From Sedimentisphaerales bacterium (lineage in GTDB: Bacteria; Planctomycetota; Phycisphaerae; Sedimentisphaerales; Anaerobacaceae), in the NCBI GenBank assembly GCA_963708075.1, contig OY970194.1, positions 2,048,001 through 2,112,000 of the forward strand: 64,000 nucleotides of DNA, given 5' to 3'. The notes beneath the pieces were generated by a model. It saw nothing but the letters and a program-made list of their open reading frames with translations. It was not told the origin of the DNA and did not search any database. Shown piece by piece: positions 33,467 to 44,400 of the stretch. Every line of letters begins with the position of its first letter. Position 1 is the first letter of the stretch. The position numbers were made by a program, and so were the translations under genes.

Positions 33467-34561
33467 ATGGCACTATTTGACAAGCTGCGCGGCGAATTCA
33501 TCGACATCATCGAGTGGACCGACTCCTCGAACGACACGATCGTCTATCGCTTCCCGCGGCATGACAACGAAATCAAGATGGACGCCCGGCTCACCGTGCG
33601 CGAGGCCCAGGTGGCGGTCTTCGTCAACAAAGGACGGATCGCCGATGTCTTCGAGCCCGGCATGTATACGCTGGCGACGGACAACCTGCCCATCCTCTCG
33701 ACCCTCATGGGCTGGAAGCACGGATTTCACAGTCCGTTCAAAGCCGAGGTGTACTTCGTCAACATGCGGCGGTTCACCGACCTCAAGTGGGGCACGCAGC
33801 ACCCCATCACCCTGCGCGACGCGGAATTCGGCCCGGTGCGCCTGCGAGCCTTCGGCACCTACGTCATCCGGGTCAGTGACCCCCGCATCCTGATCCGCGA
33901 GATCGTCGGGACGGACGGGCACTTCACGACGGGCGAGATCTCCGAGCAGCTCCGCAATCTGATCGTTTCACGGTTCGCCGACGCGATCGCGGAGAGCAAG
34001 ATCCCCGTGCTCGACCTCGCGGCCAATTACGGGAGACTGGGCGAGTTTGTCACGAACAAGATCAAGCCGGACGTCGCCAATTACGGCCTGGAGCTAGCGA
34101 CCCTGCTCGTCGAGAATATCTCGTTGCCGGCGGCGGTGGAAGAGGCTCTCGACAAGCGCACGAGCATGGGAGCCGTCGGCGACCTCCACAAGTACACACA
34201 GTTCCAGGCGGCCAACGCGATGGAAGAGGCGGCCCGGAATCCTAGCGGCATGGCCAGCGGCGGCATGGGTATGGGCATGGGTTTTGCGATCGCCAACCAG
34301 ATGGGCCAGGTGCTGGCCGGTCAGAACCCGGCAGGCCAGCATGAGACACCACCACCGCTGCCCCAAGCGGACCAATTCTACGCGGCGATGGACGGCCGAC
34401 AAACCGGACCGTTCGACCTGGGCACGCTTCAGCAGCACATCTCAAGCGGCCGGCTCACTGCGCAGACGCTCGTCTGGCGCTCAGGCATGATCGCTTGGGC
34501 CCCTGCCGGGCAGATTGAGGAACTCAAGAACCTCTTCGCCGGTCCGCCGCCGCTGCCGTAA
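33467..34561 (+). CDS. SPFH/band-7 protein (YdjI-like) with C-terminal GYF_2 (DUF4339) domain
   Basis: FIDIIEW, LTVREAQVAVFV, PFKAEVYFVN, KWGT, VRLRAFGTY and ENISLP motifs. The C-terminus reads GPFDLGTLQQHISSGRLTAQTLVWRSGMIAW. Confidence 0.9.
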   Translation: MALFDKLRGEFIDIIEWTDSSNDTIVYRFPRHDNEIKMDARLTVREAQVAVFVNKGRIADVFEPGMYTLATDNLPILSTLMGWKHGFHSPFKAEVYFVNMRRFTDLKWGTQHPITLRDAEFGPVRLRAFGTYVIRVSDPRILIREIVGTDGHFTTGEISEQLRNLIVSRFADAIAESKIPVLDLAANYGRLGEFVTNKIKPDVANYGLELATLLVENISLPAAVEEALDKRTSMGAVGDLHKYTQFQAANAMEEAARNPSGMASGGMGMGMGFAIANQMGQVLAGQNPAGQHETPPPLPQADQFYAAMDGRQTGPFDLGTLQQHISSGRLTAQTLVWRSGMIAWAPAGQIEELKNLFAGPPPLP

Positions 34562-34924
34562 ACTCGTCCTCTTGTCCGGCAAATTTGCATAGGATGCACA
34601 TGTTTTCCCGCCGTAAGCAGATGTGGCTCTCGCACTTGCGCGGTCAGCACTACACGGAGCCAGCGACGGCTTTTGCCGCTGCGTCGATGCCATAGGATTC
34701 CCATAGGCCTCTTTCATCATCGCTCGCGTGTTTCAATCTCCACCGGCAGAGCCTGTCGTTCACCGAACTGCCATTAGATCGTGTATAGACGTATTCCGGG
34801 ATTTCTACCCCACCACCATAAATGGTTGCAGTGACGATATGCCTGATGGTATGTTTGTGGTCATCGTTAGGAGCTGTCACGAGACTGAAATTGGATGATC
34901 GGTACATATGTGGAGAGATGAATT

Positions 34925-35597
34925 ATGAGAACAGATCATTTCCTGGCCATCAGTCTGTCCGTCATTGTGGCAGTGGCGTTGTGTGCCAACAGCGGGTGTA
35001 AGAAGAGGGATGCGACAGGCGATACGCCGCCTGTTGCTGCCGATGAAGCAAAACCGACTCCGCCGGTGGCTCCAGTGGCTCAACGGGAAGAAACGGTTCA
35101 GGCACCCGTCAATGTCAAGCCCGCGCCTGATCCAAATACCATTGCTGAAGGACACGCATTTCCCGCACTGAGATTTGCCAGCCTCGGCGGCGACGAGGTC
35201 GACTTGGCGAATCTCAAGGGCAAGGTCGTCTTGATCGACTTCTGGGCGACCTGGTGTGGCCCCTGCCGCAAGGTCATGCCGGACCTGGTCGAGAACCTAC
35301 AAGCAGTATCATGATCAGGGATTTGAAATCATCGGGATCAGTCTGGATAAAGACCAGTCCCAGTTGGAGCAGTATATGCGGGACACGGGCATAACCTGGC
35401 CGCAGTACTATGATGGTCTGGGTTGGAGCAACAAGGTGGCCAAGCGTTTTCGTGTCCGGGCCATCCCCCACATCGTGCTCATCGACAAGAATGGCGCCGT
35501 GGACTTCAACACCGATTACGACCAGAACAAACCGCCCTTGCACGGCGCCGAGTTGAGAGATGTGGTGGCCAGATTGTGCCGGGCTTCAGCGTCTTGA
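34925..35597 (+). CDS. TlpA-family thiol-disulfide oxidoreductase lipoprotein; frameshift at about 35294
   Basis: Lipobox-like SGC and KGKVVLIDFWATWCGPC; the second frame continues YKQYHDQGFEIIGISLD...AIPHIVLIDKNG. Confidence 0.88.
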
Positions 35598-35675
35598 GGT
35601 AATCAGCCATCCTGGCAGCATCACCAAGAGCATGCCTCCACCAAAGCCGGGCATAGCCGCGCCGGAGGCCATAGG

Positions 35676-35806
35676 AAGAACGGGCCGGCGGCTCCGCTGT
35701 CCGCCAACCTGTTCCCAAGAGTGCGCCAAGTGAAAGTACATGCCATGGTCTGATGGCCCGGTTGCAGATCCGCACGTCGTCGATCGGGCCAGATCAAAAG
35801 TTGCCG
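35676..35806. repeat. Degenerate 131-bp direct repeat, left copy (3' end of a LamG gene plus downstream sequence)
   Basis: Colinear and gap-free with 50055..50185; 96/131 identical by manual count, and 40 of the first 44. The minus strand encodes GNF*SGPIDDVRICNRAIRP. Confidence 0.8.
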
Positions 35807-38440
35807 CTATGTGTCAATCCTCGCTGCGAGGGCAACGCGGGAAAGCCTCGCCAGCCATGGGAGAGACCCTGAACGATCCGGATTACCGCCACCGTGTGAC
35901 GGTCCTGCCAGTCAATGACGGCAAAACGATGGGGATCATCGGGGTCCGAGAACTGGGTCATGATGTTCCACAACTCTTTGCCCACCGCGATAGCGCTCGT
36001 ATCGACATCGCAGTCTCCCCGTGTCTGCGGCCAGCGGGGTGGAACGCTCGCAACGATCGCCGAAACCACAGTCCGCGAATCCAGCCCCAGTTGTGAGATC
36101 AAGTGCTCCAGCGGTTCTTCCTCCAGCCAGCGCTCCACGTGGTAGCGCCAGAAGGCCTCCAGAGGGTTGGTCAGGTCGAAACCGGAGGCGGAGAATCCCT
36201 CCATCAGACACCGCGCCCAGGCTTCCGGATCATCCACCATCTGCTTCAACGATTTCCCCGACCGCATCTCCTGATTCTTCCTGAATGCCTCCGCCAATTG
36301 ACGACGCCATTGGGCGGTGAACATTTTCGGGAGCAAATCATCCAAGTTGGTTTCGTTCCAATCGAGATCGCTGGACGGTGAAGTCTCCGGGACAGCCAGC
36401 AGCCGGTCCACCCATGACTGGAGGCTTTCCACCTGTGTCGCCAGGTGGGGACTTTCGGGCGCCTCCTCTTCGAGATCTATCAGTTTCTGTGGCATCTTGG
36501 GAATGGCACAGGTCAGTTCCGCAGTCCCGCGCCGAGGCAGTTGCGCCAGCACAAGTCCGAGCAAAATCGCCCCCAGGCCCGCCAGCGACCCCGCTGCATT
36601 CGGCGTGCCGTTTGTCAGATTACTCCCGAGGCACAACGATAGCCATGCCACCGTCAAGGAGATAAGGCCGGCCATGTAGCGCCGCCTGTTCCAGGGCGGC
36701 GCAAGATCCGGAACTTCCCCTTCGCCGGGCACATTGCGGTGCCGAGACACCGTCGTGGTACTCAGATAGATCAGCACGCCGGCAATCAGGCCACCAACCA
36801 CGAAGAGACCGCCATATAGCAGGGTCTTGCCACTGATCGCCCCCTTCCAGCCGGCCAGGATCGCCCATCCAAGACCGCCCGCCCCCAGGATCAGGAGGAT
36901 CAAGGAAAACGCCACCTGGACGTCCGGCATGCACTTGTGATAGCTACAGGCTGACGGCTGCTGCGAGGTCTTGGCACCGTGCGGAATAAGAGTCCTCCGG
37001 CATTCCACCCACCGTACGGGCAGGACCGTCAGCAGGCTGGCCCAGATTGCGAGAATCCCACCGGCGGCCATCGCCGCCTCTTGCTGCCGCAAGCCCCCCA
37101 GAGCAATCATACCCAGACCGACCGCCGCGAGTCCGATGGCCAGGAAGTAATACCCGAGCGGGACCGGACGGCTGAGAACGACGGTAGGTGATTGCGCGAT
37201 GAAAGGCTCCGTGGGCGATCGCCACTCGACCCCCGGCAGCCTCTGCCACTCCTTTATGGGGGTGTACGTGTCTTCCGCTTGCTGACGCAGGGCTCGCGCG
37301 GCCCGGAACCGTGCCTGCCAGCGCGCCCGCAGCCGGCCGAATGCCGTCAATCCATGGAGTCTCGGACGCAGTCCTTTCAGAAACCAGCGAAGGCTCAGCG
37401 CCGGCTGCGCGGAGCACACCTCCTTCAGCGTCCGTTCCACGGCGGCACCGGCCTTCTCGTGTGGATGGGGACTTGCCGTCGGGGCAGAGGACGCCTCCAC
37501 CGGCGTTGCCTCGCCGGATGGTGACTCCTCGCTTTCGTAGGCACTCGCGATGTCCACCACGAGACGCTGGGCCAACCTGTCCAGGACCTCGCTTCGCTCC
37601 CGGCTGAGAGAGCCCTGGTCCAACTCCTGAACGGTGGCGTCCCGGGCCAGCGTGGCGGCCACCTCCTGGGCCACGATGGAAGAGTCCCAACGGAACCGCT
37701 TGCACATGGCCGAGCCACAGAAGTCGAGAAAAGGCTCGTTCAGGCTCATGCGCGTCTTCTCCCGGCGGCGCAGGGAATGCCGGTACGGGCTCATGCCGTG
37801 GTGCAGAATGAACTCAGCCCCGATACGATACATTTGCTCCGGGTCGCGAAGCCACGTTCCATTCGTGTCTTCTCCGTCCAGGATGTACAGACGCTGAAGC
37901 AGGTGCATGTTCTCCATATCGGTCAGGAGCGTCCTGAACGGTTCACACCAGGTTGGCTCCGGGGACGTACCGGTTCTCCGCGGTCCTGCCGGTCAGCGCC
38001 AGGCCGGTCATCTCAATCGACGGGCCCGCCTGCCGCAGCCGCTTGACGAGCTCAACAGTGAACGGCACGATGTCGGGGGTCGCCAGATCGATGACCACAT
38101 AGGCGTGGATGTGAGTGCGGCCTCCCTCGCCCCCCTCGGGCCCTTCCCCCCTCACCTGCAACCGGCGAACCAGGGAACAGAGGTCCTTGAACGATGCCGG
38201 CTCGGACCCGTTTGCGACGACGCTCGCCTCGCTGCCGATCTCGGGCACCCTCATGTCGGAGAGCCAGAAGCAGCTCGACATGCGGATTCTGCCGGCGGGT
38301 CCTCCGGCGACGAGCAGGCCGAAGGGTCCCGCCACACGCACGCACAGGCCCTTGGCGGCGTGCGGCACCTCCGCCACGGTCCTCACCGCCCCCTGACCCG
38401 CGCCGATCAAGAGAATAGGTTGGTTCCGCGTATGCTCCAT
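35794..38440 (-). CDS. Degenerate tubulin-like domain protein with 6 central TM helices (~880 aa); frameshift at about 37980
   Basis: ORFs 37943..38440 and 35794..37917 join in an alternate frame (...TWCEPFRTLLTDMENMH). It has a Rossmann start PILLIGAGQGA, strands paralleling the upstream tubulin-like gene, and three hydrophobic hairpins. Confidence 0.6.
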
Positions 38441-38473
38441 GGTGTCCTCACTTTACGAGTGCTCCTGTCACCA

Positions 38474-41413
38474 TCAGGGTGCTGCCGGCTGATTGCGTTC
38501 CTTGCTCGGCGCCTCGGTCGCAGGATCATTCAGTCCCTGGGTAAAGACATCCCAGGTCTCTCTCAGCTCTTCGCGATCCTCGGGTGACAGCGCCTCGAGC
38601 ACAGAGCTCGATGGGGCAAAAATGTCGCCGTCAATCATCTCCCGGCAAAGACGTGAACTGTCGTGGATGGCCTTCGCATCACTGGGAGTCTGTCGGCCCA
38701 GAACGGAGGACACTCGGTCTTCCGTTTGGGTGCAGATCCGCATCGCCTCGACGGCTTTGGAGACGTCCTGACACCGGCTCAGCCCCCGCAGGAGGCACAG
38801 GAAGAACGTGCGCATCCCCTTCTGAATCATCGCCAGTTGACGGGCCATTTCTTCGTAGTCAGGACCCGATCTTCGGTCCGCTTGGCGCAACTGGGCTTGC
38901 ATGTCCTTCCACTGTTCCTTGGTCAATTGATAGGCGCCGTACCAGCGGTCATCCAGCCACATATTGGAATCCTCGAACCTCGTTCGTTCGTGGATGTACT
39001 TCCTGGCCGCCGCCTGATAGTCACCGTAGGTGGCCAAGGCCTCCAGGCAGAATCCATAATTGATCCGAAGCAGTTGGAACCACACGTCCGTCTTGCGCTC
39101 GAACTCCTCGGAGACGTGCGCCTCGCGGAAATCGGCGCCCAGACTGTGTCCCAGCAGATCGGGCACGCAGCAGCCCTTGGTATGCTGGGAGATCGTCACG
39201 GGCAACGGCTCGGCATATTTGTTCGCGCGATTCAGGTCAATCTTGGGGGCCGCCCGCTCATAGATCTTGTTTACCGGGATGAAGTAGTCGTGTTTGTCTG
39301 CCTGCATGTCCGGAGAAACCCTGCTGTAGAACTTGCCCTGCTTGTCGGTCCTGACGGCTTCCAGGAACTGTTGTCGGGAAGCCTCCAGCCGATGAATGGC
39401 TTCGAAGAGCTTCCTCTCGGTTCCGGTCACCCCTTCATCTCCTTCTTTGAGATCCTTCCAGGAGAAGACAACCTGCTTCAGAATCGGCCGGATCAGATCC
39501 TGGCGGAACTTGCTTCCCAGAGGCGTCTTGGGATCGGGGGTCGGATCCTCGGTGACGTTGAGGGCGGTGGAGAAGTGAGCTTGGCCGCCGCCGTTATTAT
39601 CCTCCTTGCGCGTGCGACGGGACTCGCCGGAACTGTTCTGGTACGTTTCCCCATTCAGACCCGATGCCACTTTCCGGCTGAAACCGCTGTCTGAGGCCAG
39701 GATGGTGAGCGATTCCACCGTCTGCCTCCACAGGCGAAGCACGCTGAGGGTGCGACTGATGGAGGGCTCCAGTGTCTCGTACAGGCAGGCCAGGGCCAGC
39801 CGATTCCAGTGGCTGTCCACCAGGCTCTGCACAACCTTCGCGGCTTCCTCCGGCTTCAACGCCGTTGCGCTCGTGCGGTGTTTCTCTTTAGCACTCGCCT
39901 CCAGAGCCGGCTTGATCTTCTGCTGGATTTGTTCGCGAACGCCCTCATAGCTGGGCCGTTTCGCGGAGCCGCGGTTCTGCCGCCACAACTCCAAATCCTG
40001 AATACACTGGTCAAGGGCAGCAGGGACGCACCCCAACTCATCCTCGAGCACAAACCCGTCAATGGCTTCCACGATGGCCTGGAGCAGCTTCGTGTGATGC
40101 TCCTCAGGCTTGATGATCTCTTCACATTTCTTCCGCAGACTCGGTTCCACCTTCTCGTTGAAGAACGTTCTTGTTGCGTCCTCAATTTCCTGGACGATGA
40201 TGGTGGGAGCATTGCGTGCGTACTCGAACGAGCAGGCACCGATGCCTTCGGCCTTGCCGGAGATACTCAGGAAAGGCTCGACCGTCCGGCGTATCTTCTC
40301 GGTGATTTGCCCACTTTGGGCGACATCGACGTCTCTCATTTCGTGCAGTCGCGCGCCTACCCAGGACAACACATCGCCGTGGTCCTGACCGGGCGTGCCC
40401 TGCCATAGCCCGTAACTGGCAAAACACTGGCGACGCCCGGTGGCGGGATCGTACAGTCCCAGCGCATCGGCCAGCTTGTTGTTGCTCTCCGACGCCACCA
40501 GCTTGCTGCTGGGTTCCAGCACCATCGCGCGAATCGCGCGGGCGATCATCTTGACCAGGTGCTTGCGGTTGCCAACGCCCAGGTCCCCTTGTCCGTTGAG
40601 CAGGTACAGGAAATTGAACGGGGCGGTTAACCGGTCGAAGGACCTCTTGCCGGAACTGCCGGGATAGTGGACAGGAATGTCTTCCCGGCGGGGATCCGAG
40701 AGGAACTCGATTTGTTCGAGAGTCGCCGCGGCCACCGCCTGCAGCTTCGGTCGCAGAACCGGATTGATGACAAACGCCTCCGGCAGCATCAAGTGGCCGA
40801 TGATCTCGGCCGACCGACGGAACGACTCCCTCGACCACCAGCGTAAGTTGTACGCCATGTCGATCAGCATACCTGCCCCGGTGCCGCCGCACACGCTGGC
40901 CGCGACGTGAACCGCCGGCGCCGCGTCGCTGACAAGAGCGAACTGCCCCATCTCATCTTTCAGATCCTGCTGCGTGGCCGCTCGCAACGAGCCGAAACGC
41001 GCCGAGACCGCCGGATGAATGATGTTTTCACGCTGTTCGGTGAAAACCAGGCGACCCAGCCGGGGAATTCCCTGGCAACCGTAATCGGCGAACACAGCGT
41101 CCAGTCTGCCGCGCAGAGAGGTGAACCAATCCAGATGCGGATGCAATTCGGGGTATTGCGCACAGTCGCGCACCACGGCCCCGATGTCCAGATTCTGGAA
41201 GAGATTGTAGAAATCCGTCAGACTGGCTTCGGGCGGCCCTCCTTCTTCCAGCGCATCCGTATCCAGCTTGAGAAACCGAATGAACGGCGGTACACGCCCG
41301 TCAAACAGAGTGCGGATGAACTCCTCAACCCACTGGCACACCAGCACCCCCGTGCCCCCAAGCCCCACGATCAGGGTGGGACGCACCATGATAGAACCAT
41401 CATTGATCTTCAT
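38474..41413 (-). CDS. Tubulin/FtsZ-like GTPase (Tubulin_2 / FtsZl1-type) with long helical C-terminal region, 979 aa
   Basis: PTLIVGLGGTG, FLKLDTD, GCQGIPRLGRL, signature loop ASVCGGTGAGMLIDMAY and PFNFLYLLN are present. Confidence 0.88.
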   Translation of the reverse strand: MKINDGSIMVRPTLIVGLGGTGVLVCQWVEEFIRTLFDGRVPPFIRFLKLDTDALEEGGPPEASLTDFYNLFQNLDIGAVVRDCAQYPELHPHLDWFTSLRGRLDAVFADYGCQGIPRLGRLVFTEQRENIIHPAVSARFGSLRAATQQDLKDEMGQFALVSDAAPAVHVAASVCGGTGAGMLIDMAYNLRWWSRESFRRSAEIIGHLMLPEAFVINPVLRPKLQAVAAATLEQIEFLSDPRREDIPVHYPGSSGKRSFDRLTAPFNFLYLLNGQGDLGVGNRKHLVKMIARAIRAMVLEPSSKLVASESNNKLADALGLYDPATGRRQCFASYGLWQGTPGQDHGDVLSWVGARLHEMRDVDVAQSGQITEKIRRTVEPFLSISGKAEGIGACSFEYARNAPTIIVQEIEDATRTFFNEKVEPSLRKKCEEIIKPEEHHTKLLQAIVEAIDGFVLEDELGCVPAALDQCIQDLELWRQNRGSAKRPSYEGVREQIQQKIKPALEASAKEKHRTSATALKPEEAAKVVQSLVDSHWNRLALACLYETLEPSISRTLSVLRLWRQTVESLTILASDSGFSRKVASGLNGETYQNSSGESRRTRKEDNNGGGQAHFSTALNVTEDPTPDPKTPLGSKFRQDLIRPILKQVVFSWKDLKEGDEGVTGTERKLFEAIHRLEASRQQFLEAVRTDKQGKFYSRVSPDMQADKHDYFIPVNKIYERAAPKIDLNRANKYAEPLPVTISQHTKGCCVPDLLGHSLGADFREAHVSEEFERKTDVWFQLLRINYGFCLEALATYGDYQAAARKYIHERTRFEDSNMWLDDRWYGAYQLTKEQWKDMQAQLRQADRRSGPDYEEMARQLAMIQKGMRTFFLCLLRGLSRCQDVSKAVEAMRICTQTEDRVSSVLGRQTPSDAKAIHDSSRLCREMIDGDIFAPSSSVLEALSPEDREELRETWDVFTQGLNDPATEAPSKERNQPAAP

Positions 41414-41441
41414 ACTTCCATCTCCTATTCAACTAACGCGC

Positions 41442-44400
41442 CTATGCTCGTCCTATACACATTTTCACTGGGACCGTAATCTTGTCCGGGTCCGGATCCA
41501 CCCGATACGTCAGATTGAACTCCACCTCCTTGTCCTCTGTTTGAGTGTGCGACAGATCAATCACGCCGTGCCTGCTGGACCATAACGCACCGTGTCTCCT
41601 CCCCGGTCCCGTCCACAAACACACCAGGGCCATCTGGACATCCCTTGCGGCAGAATCAACCATTGGCCGCACGCTGATGCACAGCCGCCGCCTGGGGAGG
41701 AAGAGTCGCCTCAAGAGAACGATCAACCGGGTCATCCACCGCACTGCGGCCGGACTCCACCCGGGATGACGCGACGACAGGTACTCCGCATATACCTGCA
41801 TCTCATCCGCGCATGACGTCTCATTCGCCAGGCTCACCTCTGCCGGGTTTGACTCTTGCGGCGTGACCATGGCATCCCCTCTCACGTAGATCCGCAGGCC
41901 CAGGCTGTCCGGTGTGGGCACCCAGCGCTTCGTGATCTGCGCCAACGCACCAACGGCCGCGACCACCAGTACCAACCCCCACACAAGAGGAATATCCAGG
42001 AAGGGCCTTTCCACGTTGATCGTGCCGGCGATCATGCACTCCTTGATCTCACGCAATGGGATCGGGATCTTCCGGCTGCCGGCAACAGGGGTATCGAAGG
42101 GTCTCTCCTCATAGGAGGCCCAGACGAGAATCTGGTACACATCATCGTGGCGCACTCGAGGCCAGCCCCAGATTCTCCTGCTGCTCGGCTCGCTCATGTC
42201 CGGCTCGTCGGCCTGCCCGTCCGGAGGATTCTGTACCAGCCGCACCTTCGCCGAATCCCCTTTCCTGCCGGCGTTCGCCAATGCGATGGTCTTCATCAGC
42301 AGTTCGGGCGAGGCATTCGGTTCCCCTTCGACCAAGCCGGTCGTCCTCACGATAGATACTTCCGTCTGCCTGGTCGACCACCAGCCCTGCAATTCCGCGG
42401 CCGGGCGAAACCGCGGCCGAACCCACAACCGGAAGGGCGGCTTCAACGTGGGATTTGCCTCCGTGAGCATACGCTCGTTGGCACCCTTCTTCCAGTGCAG
42501 ATCGACCCCCTCAAGGTAAGGCTTTGCGATTTGGACGGGACTGAGGGACTTCCAGGTCACGGGGTCTATGTTCATGCAACGCAACCGGAATTTCATGGGC
42601 CCATCGACGATTCCGTCCAAAGAAGGCAGGAAATCGGGATGCTGGACCCGCAGACAACTGTCGCTTTCGTCCACCGATGCGACACCTTTCAGCCAGGTAT
42701 CCTCCATCCCGGCGAACTGGAACTCGAATGTCAAATCCGCCGATCGAAACGGCAAAGCAGTCTGAACGGGAATCCGGTATGAGAACGGCCATTGCCGGGT
42801 CGTGGGCGTCAAGAATCCGTGGGGCGGGATGATTTCCTCCGGCACGATCCTGTTGCCGATGGTCACGAGCGTCGGGGTCGTGAGCGACAGGCGCGCACTG
42901 CCCGTCCCGGGCCCGGTCGTGGACACCTGGAGGAAGTAGTCTCCTTCCCGCTCCAGGGGCGACCTGTCCACGAGGATCTCGGCTTTCTCATTGCCGCTCG
43001 TGAATCCCACCTCCCTGGAGAACACGGTTTCCGTGTAGGCCTCCGTCAGATTCCTTCGCTTGAGAGCCACGCTGACGTTGAGCAGTGGGTCGCTGGACGA
43101 GCCGATCGCCCCGGAAGAATCCAGGAGGATGCGCAAGGGCGTGGCATAGGAATTACGGCTGGGGTCGGGCTGCTTGCCGCCGGAGATCAGCCTCTCTGAA
43201 TCGAAAAGCACCCGTTCGTCGGGAGACACGATCTCCAGGACTTTGAGTGTGAACCGCGGCGCCCTTGCCGACAATCGGCATGTGGCCGTGAGTATGCTGC
43301 GCAGTGTTCCCGCTGAGCCCGATTCCTCGAAGTCCCCCGCGAGTTCCATCACGTGCGGGCCTGTTCGGTTTGGCGTGTACAGAGCATGGCCTTCGAGGAC
43401 GTACGATCGCCCGGGACCTTCCTTCGCCGTGGTCCATTCCATTCTCGCGGAGATGTCATCCTGGGGGCCGCTGTCGTTCGTCGCCGCGAGACGGCAGGAA
43501 TTCTTGAAGTCCGTGACCAGCCGGTTGTGATCGGGATTTCCCGGGGTATAGCCCGTGAAGCAGGCACGCAGTGGAATCTGCATCGTCTCCAGCGCATAGC
43601 ACGACAGGTCTTCCCCGCCTCCGGAGCCGACTACCAGTTGGCTGAGTTCCAGGTGACGCTCTATGGCCTTGAACGCCCCCCCGGGCAGTCGGATGGTTGT
43701 GTACTCGTCCGCCCCTTTGGGTTTGCAGTCGATGATGATGTCAACGTCGTAGTTCTTGTCCTTCTGCAGTTCCTTTTGCAGCACGCGCGTAATCTGGGAG
43801 CTCGTGGCTGTCCCGGCGTCCGGAAGAAGGACTCGGACCGGTTTTCCGCCATCGCTGATCCCCTGCTCTCGCACTTCGATCACTACGCTGTTGACGTCCT
43901 GATCCGCAGTCCATGCGGCGCCGAAAACAACGGGTTCGTCCGCAACTAGCGTCTCTGCGACACCTTCCAGAGTCTGTTCATCCAGGTCCTGCACGACGCG
44001 GTACGTGAAGACGGGGTCGGTCACTTCATAGCTCTTCTTCTGGGCCTGGAGACCTGACAGGATAGTCCCAAAGTCGATCTCACAGCGGCGGCTCGGGGGA
44101 ATCACGCCGCCCAGCTCCAGCTTGTATGTCCCGGTGACCTTGATGGCGTTGTCCTGTTTCTCTCTTGTCAGCCTGTCCAGGGTACACTGCACCGGCAGCA
44201 CAACCGGCTCGTCTGCCGGTTCCCCCAGGAAGGTCATCGCAGCCCGAGGCAACTCCTGAGGAAAAAGGCTTACCGCCACATCCGCAGAATCCGGAAAAAC
44301 CGGGAAGATCGACAAGTGCAGGATCTGCTGGTGGTGCTCCCCGACCCACAGGGCGGTCCGCTGATCCGAGAACTGACACGTCAGCTCCTGAGGCGTTTCA

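Noticed and set aside
34650..34907. 85-aa minus-strand ORF between the SPFH and TlpA genes
   Set aside because: It has no recognisable motif or RBS and overlaps the probable TlpA promoter region.
38474..41413. Canonical cell-division ftsZ
   Set aside because: The protein is far too long, has a CGGTGAG loop and Tubulin_2-type motifs, and has no dcw-cluster context.
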